Below, in pieces: positions 9,493 to 18,227 of a DNA stretch of 64,000 bases. This DNA is from a virus. Position 1 is the first letter of the stretch. Each line of letters starts with the position of its first letter. The position numbers and the translations under genes are program-made. A model generated the notes under the pieces. That model had not been told where the DNA came from. It ran no database searches and was given only the letters and a program-made list of their open reading frames with translations. The DNA is taken from positions 64,001 through 128,000 of the IMG/VR virus record IMGVR_UViG_3300045988_174371, one strand, 5' to 3'.

Positions 9493-9945
9493 CTATGCGT
9501 TGAGGCTTTCGGGAGTGGGCATTGTTGCGGTGTGAGCACGCCGGGTAAGTTCCTTGGCGTGGCTGTAAAGGACTTCTTCGAGGTCTTCGGGGTGGTAGAG
9601 TCGGATTTCTCCAAAGCAGACCTCCTCAGCGCACAGGCGGTAGACCTTGTACCACCATTCGCGCTTGGTCTCCTCTGGGAGGGCATCTAGGGCATCCAGC
9701 AGGTCTGGGTGGATGATTGCATTGTAGAGCTGAGTAATGCGCTCCCAATAGATTTCACTGGGCGCGCTCTTGTCGGACATGATAATGCCGCTGGTACCCC
9801 AGACGTAGCCGCCTTCCTTGTCGTAACGCACTGACAGGGTGGTTGGCATCAGGCGCGGCATGAGCAGAAACTCTATTTCCTTGACAGGTACAAGCACGTC
9901 CAGCAGGGGTGTTACAGTTTCTTCGATAGTGCGGATTAGCGACAT
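9493..9945 (-). CDS. hypothetical protein (150 aa)
   Basis: ORF with AAGGAG RBS; no recognisable family. Confidence 0.7.
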   Translation of the reverse strand: MSLIRTIEETVTPLLDVLVPVKEIEFLLMPRLMPTTLSVRYDKEGGYVWGTSGIIMSDKSAPSEIYWERITQLYNAIIHPDLLDALDALPEETKREWWYKVYRLCAEEVCFGEIRLYHPEDLEEVLYSHAKELTRRAHTATMPTPESLNA

Positions 9946-9976
9946 TTGGGTTCTCCTTCGTATGTTGCCATGTTGG

Positions 9977-10453
9977 TTAAATGTAGAACTCTACGCGGTG
10001 GTAGGTCGAGCTGATTTTGCCATTCTTTTCTGCGTGCTCGGGGCGACCGTCGCACACCTGAACGTCGTGGCTAATTTCCCTGCGGTAGGGGTGTTCGTTG
10101 TCGGTTCCTGCGGGGTCTACACTTTCGCGTACCCAGTCTTCGGTTCCGACGTAGCGCCATTCAAAGGTTGCAGGTTCGTAACGTTCCACCATTCGAGAGG
10201 TTCCTTCCCATTGACCCTCTGAGTTGATGTGGTAACCAGCTTCTTCTTCGAACCAGCGCCTAGATGGTTCGAAGTTCTGAATCTCAATGCTTGAGTCCAC
10301 CTGCTTTTCATTGACGATGCAGGTATTGGGTGTAGAGCGGATGCCTAGGATGACTGCTACGGCAATAGGGATGATGGCTATGGCGATTATAAGACCGCCC
10401 ACAATATCGTCGCCTGTGAACTTCACGACCTGCGAGGTGTTCTCCTTAGGCAT
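9977..10453 (-). CDS. N-terminally membrane-anchored protein, paralog of 14843-15310
   Basis: single N-terminal TM helix; NTCI.NE ... FEWRYVGTE.W ... YDVQVCDGR aligns with 14843-15310. Confidence 0.75.
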   Translation of the reverse strand: MPKENTSQVVKFTGDDIVGGLIIAIAIIPIAVAVILGIRSTPNTCIVNEKQVDSSIEIQNFEPSRRWFEEEAGYHINSEGQWEGTSRMVERYEPATFEWRYVGTEDWVRESVDPAGTDNEHPYRREISHDVQVCDGRPEHAEKNGKISSTYHRVEFYI

Positions 10454-10490
10454 TGATGCCCCTTCTGTAAGTGATTTCCTAAACTAATTA

Positions 10491-10520
10491 AAGTGTAGCA
10501 CATAATTCACAGTGAACACA
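10491..10520 (-). promoter_or_regulatory. family promoter (-35 TTGTGT, TGc-TACACT)
   Basis: upstream of CDS 9977-10453. Confidence 0.55.
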
Positions 10521-10589
10521 AGCGCGCAATTCCTTTATATAAGGCAGGTGCAACTATACCCAGTGTGTCACGCGCTACACTCTACCAAC

Positions 10590-10619
10590 TTGCCTGCTAT
10601 TCAAAATATGTGCTACACT
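10590..10619 (+). promoter_or_regulatory. family promoter (-35 TTGCCT, 18 nt, TGc-TACACT)
   Basis: drives the mini-gene 10655-10696. Confidence 0.55.
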
Positions 10620-10654
10620 GTTTATGTAAGCAAATCATATATGGAGGTACAGAT

Positions 10655-10696
10655 ATGGGATTCCTTGGTTTTCTCTTGACCCTCTGGTTCGGATAA
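10655..10696 (+). CDS. 13-codon hydrophobic micro-ORF (MGFLGFLLTLWFG)
   Basis: ATG 7 nt after GGAGG; own family promoter and own terminator; may instead be a small RNA. Confidence 0.3.
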   Translation: MGFLGFLLTLWFG

Positions 10697-10711
10697 CCCG
10701 AATGAACCAAC

Positions 10712-10750
10712 AGTAAAAGCCCCTCAGCTTGTCACTGAGGGGCTTTTACT
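10712..10750. terminator. bidirectional hairpin terminator
   Basis: AGTAAAAGCCCCTCAG / CTGAGGGGCTTTTACT 16-bp inverted repeat. Confidence 0.7.
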
Positions 10751-10826
10751 ATGCCTTATTGGGATTTCCCTGTCTGATGACCAATAAGACGGGGAAATGA
10801 CCATTGATGGCTTTCATGCAGTAGAA

Positions 10827-11978
10827 TTAGTTGGTCAGGAAAGCGACACTAGCAGGCTCCCATTCTTCACCAAGATTCATTGAGTCAATGGTGTAGCTAT
10901 ACCCGGTGAGGTCTTGGTTTAGCGGCATTTCTGCCGTGAGGCAGATAAGCGGCAACGGGACATTGCTTGATGCGCCAATCCTGGTAACTACCGCAGATTC
11001 CTTATTGATGAACGTTACCGTCACCGAACCCCGGCGTTCTACTAGGTTGCCTAGGTATTTAGCGGGGTTAGTGTCCTTGAGGTGGTAGAAGCCTGAGTTC
11101 TCATAAAGGAAGCTCTTAAATGCCCATCCATCACCCTTATTGAAGTCCACGTACATAGGGAGCCGCGTGTAGTTGAGAGCGGGCGCATCACTGTTATCCT
11201 TAGATGCGACGTACATCTCCAGGACTTTAGATACATATTCGGCATCACTGCGACACTGGTTTCGCATAGGGGTGCGCGGTTTATCCCCTTGTAGCTCGTA
11301 GGCAATTCGCCAGAATGCGTCTTGCAGTTCGCTTGCGCGAGACTGCTCCTTAGACTCTGCTACACCCTTCAAGAGGTGGTGGCGAATCTCCTTAGGAATA
11401 GACTTGTCGTACATCATCTCTTTGTCAATGGTGTTCGTGTAGACGGGGACAAAGGTTCCGTATGTGGTAGGTTTCTTGCCCTGCTTTTCCCATCCAAACA
11501 CTCCACGCATACTGAGGTAATCCCTACTGCTGGCAGTGATGCCGCAATATTCCCACACATCAATCCCCGGCGATAGGATGCGTTCTCTATTGGTGCGTGG
11601 TCGATAGCTGTGACTGTCAGTAATCACTTCCATGCCTCGGCAGGGGTAGTCGTAAAAGTGGGTGGCTTTCCCGCCGCTCAGCAGATACTCTTTCAGCCAG
11701 AGGTTATACGCGGCTAGATAGTCAGGTTCCTCCACTTTCTCCGCCTTAACGGTTGCAAAGTTGATTCCAACCCTCCCCTTCAGGCGGTGTGCCCGCGCAT
11801 GGTTGATACGGGGCTCCGGCAAGAGGACAGTACTGGTCTTGCTTTGACTAGGCGCAGTTTGTGCAGTATTCACCTTAAGAAGGGTGATACTGTTCTTAGG
11901 GTCGCGCCATGCGGCACGGTAGGTGTTGCCGCGAGCGCCTGCGTATCGTGCAGTGAATTTCGAGAGCACGTCTTTCAT
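10827..11978 (-). CDS. hypothetical protein (383 aa), paralog family B
   Basis: aligns along its length with 13630-14793 (NFATVKAE.VEE.DYLA, THFYDYPC, YTNTIDKEMM, FVDFNKGD.WAF, LTGYSYTI). Confidence 0.8.
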   Translation of the reverse strand: MKDVLSKFTARYAGARGNTYRAAWRDPKNSITLLKVNTAQTAPSQSKTSTVLLPEPRINHARAHRLKGRVGINFATVKAEKVEEPDYLAAYNLWLKEYLLSGGKATHFYDYPCRGMEVITDSHSYRPRTNRERILSPGIDVWEYCGITASSRDYLSMRGVFGWEKQGKKPTTYGTFVPVYTNTIDKEMMYDKSIPKEIRHHLLKGVAESKEQSRASELQDAFWRIAYELQGDKPRTPMRNQCRSDAEYVSKVLEMYVASKDNSDAPALNYTRLPMYVDFNKGDGWAFKSFLYENSGFYHLKDTNPAKYLGNLVERRGSVTVTFINKESAVVTRIGASSNVPLPLICLTAEMPLNQDLTGYSYTIDSMNLGEEWEPASVAFLTN

Positions 11979-12068
11979 CCTTTCAAGCTCCAGTTAGTAT
12001 GTCGGGTTTCTTGATGTATAACTGCGCAACACATGGCAATAAGAACACCCCATCAGCGGCTTCACACC

Positions 12069-12389
12069 TTACGGCAGATACGAGTGAGAAATCTGTGCTT
12101 GAGCCAAAAACTCTGGCGAACAGGTCACCGTCACATTAGTAAGACCCTCAACCGTACCCCCGAAATTCCCCTCAGCACTAGCGGAAACCTCATACTCGAT
12201 TACTGGCTGAGCATCTGCAACAGTGATAACACGCGCCGGGAACGGCATACGCACAAACTCAAACGTGCGCGATTGACGCGGGACAAAATACACCACCAAT
12301 TCAACACCACCACGCGAACCACGCACGCTACGGTAATAGCGGTGCTCAATCATAAGATGGGTAATATCCCCATAAAACGTACTAGCCAT
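12069..12389 (-). CDS. hypothetical protein (106 aa)
   Basis: ATG after GGAAAGGA; the overlapping plus-strand ORF has an implausible composition. Confidence 0.65.
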   Translation of the reverse strand: MASTFYGDITHLMIEHRYYRSVRGSRGGVELVVYFVPRQSRTFEFVRMPFPARVITVADAQPVIEYEVSASAEGNFGGTVEGLTNVTVTCSPEFLAQAQISHSYLP

Positions 12390-12502
12390 TTAAATCCTTT
12401 CCAAAAACAAAGGGTTGATAGGAGGTTGGGTGAAAATCCAACGATACCCCACCACCATACCAGATGAAGGGTGGCGAGGGTATCAGTGCTCACTGCGTGG
12501 GC

Positions 12503-12892
12503 TTAGTGTTGCCAGTACAGGGCATCTACGGTGAATCGAAGCATATTCTCCTCCTCGGGGTGCTCTTCGATAATCGGGGCGATACCACATACGGAGTACT
12601 GAGAAGCGAAAACGAGGATACCGTCTTCCTTATCACCGTAGACAGTGGTGGCACCATTGAGCATGATGTTCGGGCCCCCTGCATTCAGAGTCAGGGGTTC
12701 ATGTCCTTCGCCACAGGGAGTTAGATACAGCTCGCCAGTGTCCGTATCCTCGTCAATAGTGAAGTAGGTAGCATCTTCCTTCACCTTATTTAGAATCTCC
12801 TGCACGGTGACACCCTCAATCTCATACGGGGCGTACTCAATGACGATGCCCCGAGGGGGGAAGGACATTGCAAGCTTAGGGGTGGCACTCAT
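12503..12892 (-). CDS. hypothetical protein (129 aa) with TPCGEGHEP motif
   Basis: ATG at 12892 after AAAGGAG; family promoter upstream. Confidence 0.7.
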   Translation of the reverse strand: MSATPKLAMSFPPRGIVIEYAPYEIEGVTVQEILNKVKEDATYFTIDEDTDTGELYLTPCGEGHEPLTLNAGGPNIMLNGATTVYGDKEDGILVFASQYSVCGIAPIIEEHPEEENMLRFTVDALYWQH

Positions 12893-12970
12893 GGAAGTCT
12901 CCTTTGTAAAGGTGGTAAATCTTAGGTTGGTAGTTCTTAGTGGGAGGCTTTCTCCCTCACCAACAATTAT

Positions 12971-13000
12971 ATTGTACCACACTTTTAAATGCCTACACAA
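12971..13000 (-). promoter_or_regulatory. family promoter (-35 TTGTGT, TGg-TACAAT)
   Basis: upstream of CDS 12503-12892. Confidence 0.55.
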
Positions 13001-13130
13001 CTCTTAGGTTGGTGGTTTTTGGGAAAATTTTCCAACACTCACCAGCATCCCACATGTGCAGGGAAGCAGGGAAGGGCATCACCATGAAGAGTATTGCCAT
13101 ATTGCCAGGTACTACCCAGTACCAGGATTG

Positions 13131-13583
13131 TCAATGCCTACGGTAGGCATTCTTACGAATCGCAATACTGTAGATTGCGGTAGTAACCGTACTAGTGACC
13201 GCAAGTATGAGCCAGATGCCGTACCCAACCGCCACGCCGCCGCCGGGGGCAACTCCGTTCGCTTCAAAGATGCCCTTCGACAGGAACAATGCGGGCATGT
13301 CGATAGCCACAAAGCACGCCATGCAACCCAGGAATATGATAATCCCATCGAAGAAGAGCGCCACGTCCTCAGAGGTGCCTTCTGGCAGGCTGTCGCTAGT
13401 GGTTCGCAAATTAGCTACCCACACAACGAACAGGAATAGCAGGTTGAACACGTGAGGTAGGGCAAAGAATGCCCATAGCGGCATGGTTCTAAAGAAGTTT
13501 GCGGGGTCTTGGAACAGGTTGAGAAAATCGGCAAACATATCGCGACACTTTCTTTTGGTAAGAGGCGCGGCAATGGCTTGCAT
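13131..13583 (-). CDS. small multi-TM membrane protein
   Basis: hydrophobic ORF downstream of 13630-14793; an alternative start at 13538 (MFADF) has a better purine-rich RBS. Confidence 0.6.
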   Translation of the reverse strand: MQAIAAPLTKRKCRDMFADFLNLFQDPANFFRTMPLWAFFALPHVFNLLFLFVVWVANLRTTSDSLPEGTSEDVALFFDGIIIFLGCMACFVAIDMPALFLSKGIFEANGVAPGGGVAVGYGIWLILAVTSTVTTAIYSIAIRKNAYRRH

Positions 13584-13629
13584 AGCACAAGCCGTTACCG
13601 CGCCTTAATTGCAGGTTTCTGACATGAAA

Positions 13630-14793
13630 TTAGCAGGGCTGGAAAGTGACCTTTGCGGGCTCCCATACGTCGCCGGGTTCCACGGATGCGATGGTGTAGC
13701 TATATCCAGTGAGATTCTGACCGGCAGGCTTGGTTGCCGTGAGGATAATGAGGGGCGTGCGGTTGCCCACATCGCCACCAGTAATGACTGCCACTTTGTC
13801 AGTGATGAACATTGCGGTGGCGTTCCTCATGTGAGATAGGTATTCTGCGGGGTCGATACCTTTAAAGTGGGAGAACTTTGAGTCGTCATAAAGGAATGTT
13901 TCAAAAGCCCAGTTGTCGCCTTTGTTGAAGTCCACAAACATGGTCATGGTCGGCTGACTGAGGGTGGGCGCGGCGCTGTTATCCTTGGAGTTGGTGTACC
14001 AGTTAATAGCGCGTCCTACTCGCTCAGCTTCATTGTCGCGGCTATTGCGGTAGTCCCTACGCTTGGATGCATGGGCGGACTCTCCACTCTTCGCGTATTC
14101 GCACATAATGGAGTGAAAGTCGAGGCTCCATGCGCGGGCTTGCTTCGCTTCTTCTGCTACGCCGTGTCGTATGTGAAGGCGGACACTTTCTGGCACAGAC
14201 TCATCATGCATCATTTCCTTGTCAATGGTGTTCGTGTATGCCGGTACCCAATGACCGTCATAGGCGACAGCGGTTTTGCCGCCGTTAGTCCAACCGTACA
14301 TGTTATTGTGACAGCGGTCACCCGTGAAGTCGCTCACATAGTGGTTGGCGGTAAACTCGCGGGACAGAATGTAGTTGCGAGAATTAGCGCCACACATCCC
14401 ATACGTAGACGATGGGCGCTGGTTACGGGGGTTGGTCACCACTTCAATACGCGGGCAGGGGTAGTCGTAGAAGTGGGTAATCCTGTTGCCTTGCAACAGG
14501 TAGTCCTTGAGCCAGCTGTTGTACATGGCTAGATAGTCAGTTTCCTCTACTTCTTCCGCCTTGACGGTTGCGAAGTTGGGCTTAATTCTTTCTCTCTGGA
14601 GGCGCACCCATGCAGGGTTGATACGGGACTCCGGCTGGAGAGGAGAGCCAGCTTCGGTTTTACTAGGGACAGCTTGTGCAGTATCCACCTTAAGGGGGAT
14701 ACTGTTGCCGGGGTCGCGCCAGGTGGCGTGAAAAACGGTGCCTTGCGCAGTGTCTTCCGTGCCAATAAGTCGGCTAATGAGGTTAGTGAACAT
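13630..14793 (-). CDS. hypothetical protein (387 aa), paralog family B
   Basis: paralog of 10827-11978; conserved CGAAAGGGTG leader. Confidence 0.8.
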   Translation of the reverse strand: MFTNLISRLIGTEDTAQGTVFHATWRDPGNSIPLKVDTAQAVPSKTEAGSPLQPESRINPAWVRLQRERIKPNFATVKAEEVEETDYLAMYNSWLKDYLLQGNRITHFYDYPCPRIEVVTNPRNQRPSSTYGMCGANSRNYILSREFTANHYVSDFTGDRCHNNMYGWTNGGKTAVAYDGHWVPAYTNTIDKEMMHDESVPESVRLHIRHGVAEEAKQARAWSLDFHSIMCEYAKSGESAHASKRRDYRNSRDNEAERVGRAINWYTNSKDNSAAPTLSQPTMTMFVDFNKGDNWAFETFLYDDSKFSHFKGIDPAEYLSHMRNATAMFITDKVAVITGGDVGNRTPLIILTATKPAGQNLTGYSYTIASVEPGDVWEPAKVTFQPC

Positions 14794-14842
14794 TTTCGGG
14801 CACCCTTTCGAGGTGGTTGATAGTGGTTAGGTTTAGGTGTTG

Positions 14843-15310
14843 CTAAATGTAGTAGGAAACAACAGAGCGGTGGGAGCGAATCGAGCCGTTAATGTCGGCA
14901 TACTCTGCGCGTCCATCACAGACCTGCACGTCGTATTCTTTGACTCGACGGTAAGGGGCGGTGTTATCTCTGCCTTCCGGTTCGCGCGACTCATGCGCCC
15001 AGTTTTCAGTACCTACATAACGCCACTCAAAGCTTGCAGGCGAAGAGTACTCAACATCCTTCATGCATGATTCATACTTTGCCGTGGTGGGATTCAGGCA
15101 ATAGCTGAACTCGCGGTCTGTCCATTTACGGGAAGGGGTGTAGTTGCGAGTCTCAATAGGCGTATCCACCACCGTTTCATTGATAATGCAGGTATTGGGG
15201 TAGGTGTAAGTTGAGCACGCCGTCAGTCCCACAATAGGAGCAAGACATAGGGTGATAGCTCCGGCGGCGCGAGTGATGCGCGGCTTAGCGGCAGGCTTAT
15301 TGGCGCTCAT
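14843..15310 (-). CDS. lipoprotein, paralog of 9977-10453
   Basis: ATG at 15310 after GAAAGGAAA; signal peptide with lipobox LTAC; the rest aligns with 9977-10453. Confidence 0.75.
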   Translation of the reverse strand: MSANKPAAKPRITRAAGAITLCLAPIVGLTACSTYTYPNTCIINETVVDTPIETRNYTPSRKWTDREFSYCLNPTTAKYESCMKDVEYSSPASFEWRYVGTENWAHESREPEGRDNTAPYRRVKEYDVQVCDGRAEYADINGSIRSHRSVVSYYI

Positions 15311-15393
15311 GGGTATATTTCCTTTCAATGTGAGGGTTTGTCCCGCCTGACACTAAATCTCAGGTGCCAGGCGGGGTCTAATTGGAAGCTTTA

Positions 15394-15738
15394 CTACTTA
15401 GCTTCGGTGCGATTGGGGACATTGTACTTCACATCGTTCAGGACTGCTACACCTTCCTTACCCCATACAATTTCCTGAAATGCTTCCTGCGGGGAGGAGA
15501 GGTAGGTGAAGAGTGCGAAGTGGGCTTCCCAAGAGTGGTTAATGAGAGGCAGGCGGAACAGGGCTCCAGTCTCGTAGAAGCGAACATCCATAAAAGCATC
15601 GGAGAGAGGCTTAAGGGGAGAGTCGAGCTTCACACCAATTCCTACCACCTTCGGGGAGTAGCCCTCATTGAGAAGTTCCTGGAAACGCTCAGGGATGGAG
15701 AAGGTGAACTCGACGTTGGAGATGGAAATGTTAGACAT
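15394..15738 (-). CDS. hypothetical protein (114 aa)
   Basis: ATG at 15738 after CTACCGAAAGGC leader; family promoter upstream. Confidence 0.7.
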   Translation of the reverse strand: MSNISISNVEFTFSIPERFQELLNEGYSPKVVGIGVKLDSPLKPLSDAFMDVRFYETGALFRLPLINHSWEAHFALFTYLSSPQEAFQEIVWGKEGVAVLNDVKYNVPNRTEAK

Positions 15739-15809
15739 GATGTAAAAGCCTTTCGGTAGGGTTTGAAGGTTTTCGCTTGAGATTTCTACTCTCTCAAGCT
15801 CATATACAT

Positions 15810-15839
15810 ATCGTACCACATATTTTGGGGAATGTGCAA
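15810..15839 (-). promoter_or_regulatory. family promoter (-35 TTGCAC, TGg-TACGAT)
   Basis: upstream of CDS 15394-15738. Confidence 0.55.
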
Positions 15840-15875
15840 CACGTAGTCACGTGGGACACCTCACACCAATTCGAC

Positions 15876-15905
15876 TTGCATACCCCAAATAATCTGTGAT
15901 ACGAT
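15876..15905 (+). promoter_or_regulatory. family promoter (-35 TTGCAT, 18 nt, TGa-TACGAT)
   Basis: divergent from the 15810 promoter; drives the leader plus tRNA-Leu. Confidence 0.55.
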
Positions 15906-15911
15906 AGAGTT

Positions 15912-16073
15912 ATCAACGGTTGAGAAGCCGCCCAAACAAACCCCGGATGGGGTTTAAGGGAGCCAGGTAAGGGGCGCTGGAAAGCCGCTCGGAAGGTTTC
16001 TCACTTACTGTCTTGCCCCGGATGGGGACTACCCGCTAGACACTAAGTGAGAAACCCGCCTAGCTTTGAGTAA
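15912..16073 (+). ncRNA. structured ~160-nt RNA segment co-transcribed upstream of tRNA-Leu
   Basis: no ORF; two CCCCGGATGGGG hairpins and a 13-bp stem GGTTTCTCACTTA / TAAGTGAGAAACC (15996-16057) between the promoter and the tRNA. Confidence 0.35.
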
Positions 16074-16158
16074 GTGCCTGTGGTGGAATGGTAGACACGC
16101 CAGCTTGAGGGGCTGGTGTCCGACACAGGACGTGCGGGTTCGAATCCCGCCAGGCACA
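16074..16158 (+). tRNA. tRNA-Leu (anticodon GAG)
   Basis: hand-folded cloverleaf: acceptor GTGCCTG/CAGGCAC, D-arm GTG-GAATGGTAGA-CAC, anticodon stem CCAGC/GCTGG with loop TTGAGGG, long variable arm, T-arm GCGGG-TTCGAAT-CCCGC; CCA not encoded. Confidence 0.9.
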
Positions 16159-16289
16159 CTAGTCACCCCCTATATGGGGTGGTGAGAAGCTTCAGGCTAA
16201 TCTTCTGCCCCCTGCATGGCTTCATCTCATGTAAACCTGGTGGTAATCCCATCACTGGAGTTAAAAGACCTAACGAAAGGTATGTCATT

Positions 16290-16538
16290 ATGTCCGATAT
16301 TCAGTACCTCGGTAACGACGAGTTTAAGATTTCCCGCAATGAGCTTGCAGGGCTCCTTAAGTCTGACGCTATCCTCTCTGCGCTTGAATGGGCAGGTGTA
16401 GATAATTGGTGTGGCTGGGATGATGCGCGCGGCGATTACGTCCGCGAATACGTAGAAGAGCACGAGGATATGGAAGCCGAAGACCCGTGGTTTGATGAGA
16501 TTGTCGCTCACAAGCTGAAGCTCATCGAAGAGGCATAA
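16290..16538 (+). CDS. small acidic hypothetical protein (82 aa)
   Basis: ATG at 16290 after CGAAAGG; followed by a strong terminator. Confidence 0.7.
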   Translation: MSDIQYLGNDEFKISRNELAGLLKSDAILSALEWAGVDNWCGWDDARGDYVREYVEEHEDMEAEDPWFDEIVAHKLKLIEEA

Positions 16539-16562
16539 GGTAAGTAAACCTCAATAAGGAAG

Positions 16563-16606
16563 TAAGGGAGCCGCCTAACCCGGTATGGGGTTAGGCGGCT
16601 CCCTTA
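16563..16606. terminator. bidirectional hairpin terminator
   Basis: TAAGGGAGCCGCCTAACCC / GGGTTAGGCGGCTCCCTTA inverted repeat between convergent genes. Confidence 0.75.
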
Positions 16607-16655
16607 TGCTCTACATACGACTACATACCGCTTCATGGTACTCTACTCTCAGCTT

Positions 16656-17126
16656 CTAGCTTTGCAAGAACCTTTCCTTCACCGCAACAAGTAGCGCAAA
16701 CCCGCCAATATACCCAAGGATACCTGCACCTGTCCCAAACGTTGCTACGCCAAGAATGGCGATAGTGCCGATTACCACTGCAACGAAGGTGAGCTTCAAG
16801 CTATTGTTTACGTCTTTCCATGTAGCAGGTTCGTCACTTCCTGGGTTCTCATCGAGGAGTACGACGACGCTAAAGAGAGAGGGGAAGAATGCGACCATTT
16901 GAGCGCCATCAAAGGATACCAGCAAGGAAGTTATAAAGAATAGCGCCGCAAGCACCGCTTTATGCGCAGTGAGCAGAGTGCTTGGCTTTCCATGCCATGT
17001 CTCACCATCAGGCGACAAGCCCATATTGGGCGCAAACACTGTACTATTGATGCAGTAGAACATGGTGGCGTTGAACGCCGCCCATACGGTGAGTCCAATA
17101 AGCGGTATTGTGATATTGGCAGTCAT
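16656..17126 (-). CDS. multi-TM membrane protein, paralog family J
   Basis: ATG at 17126 after AGAAAGGGG; N-terminus IPLIGLTVWAAFNATMFYCINSTVFAP aligns with 20104-20562. Confidence 0.75.
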   Translation of the reverse strand: MTANITIPLIGLTVWAAFNATMFYCINSTVFAPNMGLSPDGETWHGKPSTLLTAHKAVLAALFFITSLLVSFDGAQMVAFFPSLFSVVVLLDENPGSDEPATWKDVNNSLKLTFVAVVIGTIAILGVATFGTGAGILGYIGGFALLVAVKERFLQS

Positions 17127-17266
17127 GGTGTGTCGCCCCTTTCTTGGCGTAGACCGTGAGCTAATCAAGTTTGCGCTGAGCTAGAGGCGCGTCCCTTCTA
17201 TTGCTCTCTTGGGGGTGTGGTTTCACATATGCGCTTCTAGGTGATGGTCTAGCGCCTATCTTTCTA

Positions 17267-18073
17267 CTATCGGCTGGTTGCGCCTAGAGTCCCTTGGTGT
17301 AGGTCATCCCAATTCACCTTGAGGTCATGCACCTCACCAATTACGTTATGAGTCTCGTCTACATACTCAACAACTGAGCGCGTATTGTATCCGCCGCATG
17401 TAGTGCGATGCTCTTCCCACTCTTCTACAAGGCGCTGGTTGGTCGGGTCGTCATCAACTGCATCAAGTAGCAGGTTGCATGTTTCGCAGTCGTGACGGCG
17501 CATCACATGCCGCAGGTGACCTACATGCTCATCCTGCTCATTGAAAAGCCGCATATTTCGGTATGCGCGGTAGGTGCGGGTTGCGCCTTCCTGACCATCA
17601 ACCTTAAACTCTACCCGGTCGCCCCTGAAAATGAGCAACTGAGCGTTTTCGCTAAGAGGAATGGGGTTAGAGCTGTCGGCGTTAAACTCACGCAATTCTT
17701 CGCGGTAGGCGCTGGGTACCTTGCGGGGTTCATCTCCTTCTTTCGCTAGGGTCACGTATACGGCAACAGCTTCCTTGTGGGCACCTTCTGGAAGCGTTCC
17801 GTCGTGACTAATTTCGCCTAGGTATATGGTCTTCCTGTAGCCGCTGTACAGACCGTGAGGAGCAAGCAGGGCGGCTAGTACGTCCATATTAGCTACTTCG
17901 CCGGTATCGATGTTCACGTATTCACCAATGATGCCTGTGTCGCCAACGCGCGAGACGCGAATATGCTTACGTTCGCGGTGGGCATCATCTGTAGTAGGTG
18001 ATACTTCTACAATGTCGCCGGGGTTCACGGTTCGGAGAGTGTCGAATGTGAGGTTTTCGAGGTCGGTGGTCAT
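17267..18073 (-). CDS. hypothetical protein (268 aa), GD-motif N-terminus
   Basis: long ORF; N-terminal TVNPGDIVEV; C-terminal Cys cluster CETC...C. Confidence 0.75.
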   Translation of the reverse strand: MTTDLENLTFDTLRTVNPGDIVEVSPTTDDAHRERKHIRVSRVGDTGIIGEYVNIDTGEVANMDVLAALLAPHGLYSGYRKTIYLGEISHDGTLPEGAHKEAVAVYVTLAKEGDEPRKVPSAYREELREFNADSSNPIPLSENAQLLIFRGDRVEFKVDGQEGATRTYRAYRNMRLFNEQDEHVGHLRHVMRRHDCETCNLLLDAVDDDPTNQRLVEEWEEHRTTCGGYNTRSVVEYVDETHNVIGEVHDLKVNWDDLHQGTLGATSR

Positions 18074-18227
18074 GTTGTTATCCTTTCCTGCCGCGCATTA
18101 GGGTGTAGATGTTTACGGGTGGTCTTGCTTGCTGGTGGTATGTATCGTGGGGGGTTCTAAGGGGGAGCCTGCCGAAACGCCTAGCACATTTCGGCAGGCT
18201 CTTGGGTTTAAGTTCTCAGAATGGCGG

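Noticed and set aside
12033-12467. 144-aa plus-strand ORF
   Set aside because: It has a highly basic, low-complexity composition (many R/H/T) and no RBS. The opposite-strand ORF 12069-12389 has a GGAAAGGA RBS and fits the operon direction.
16074-16158. The tRNA genes as integration (att) sites marking a prophage border
   Set aside because: No integrase, excision module or direct repeat of a tRNA 3' end is visible. Genes on both sides use the same promoter family, so the tRNAs are internal to the element.
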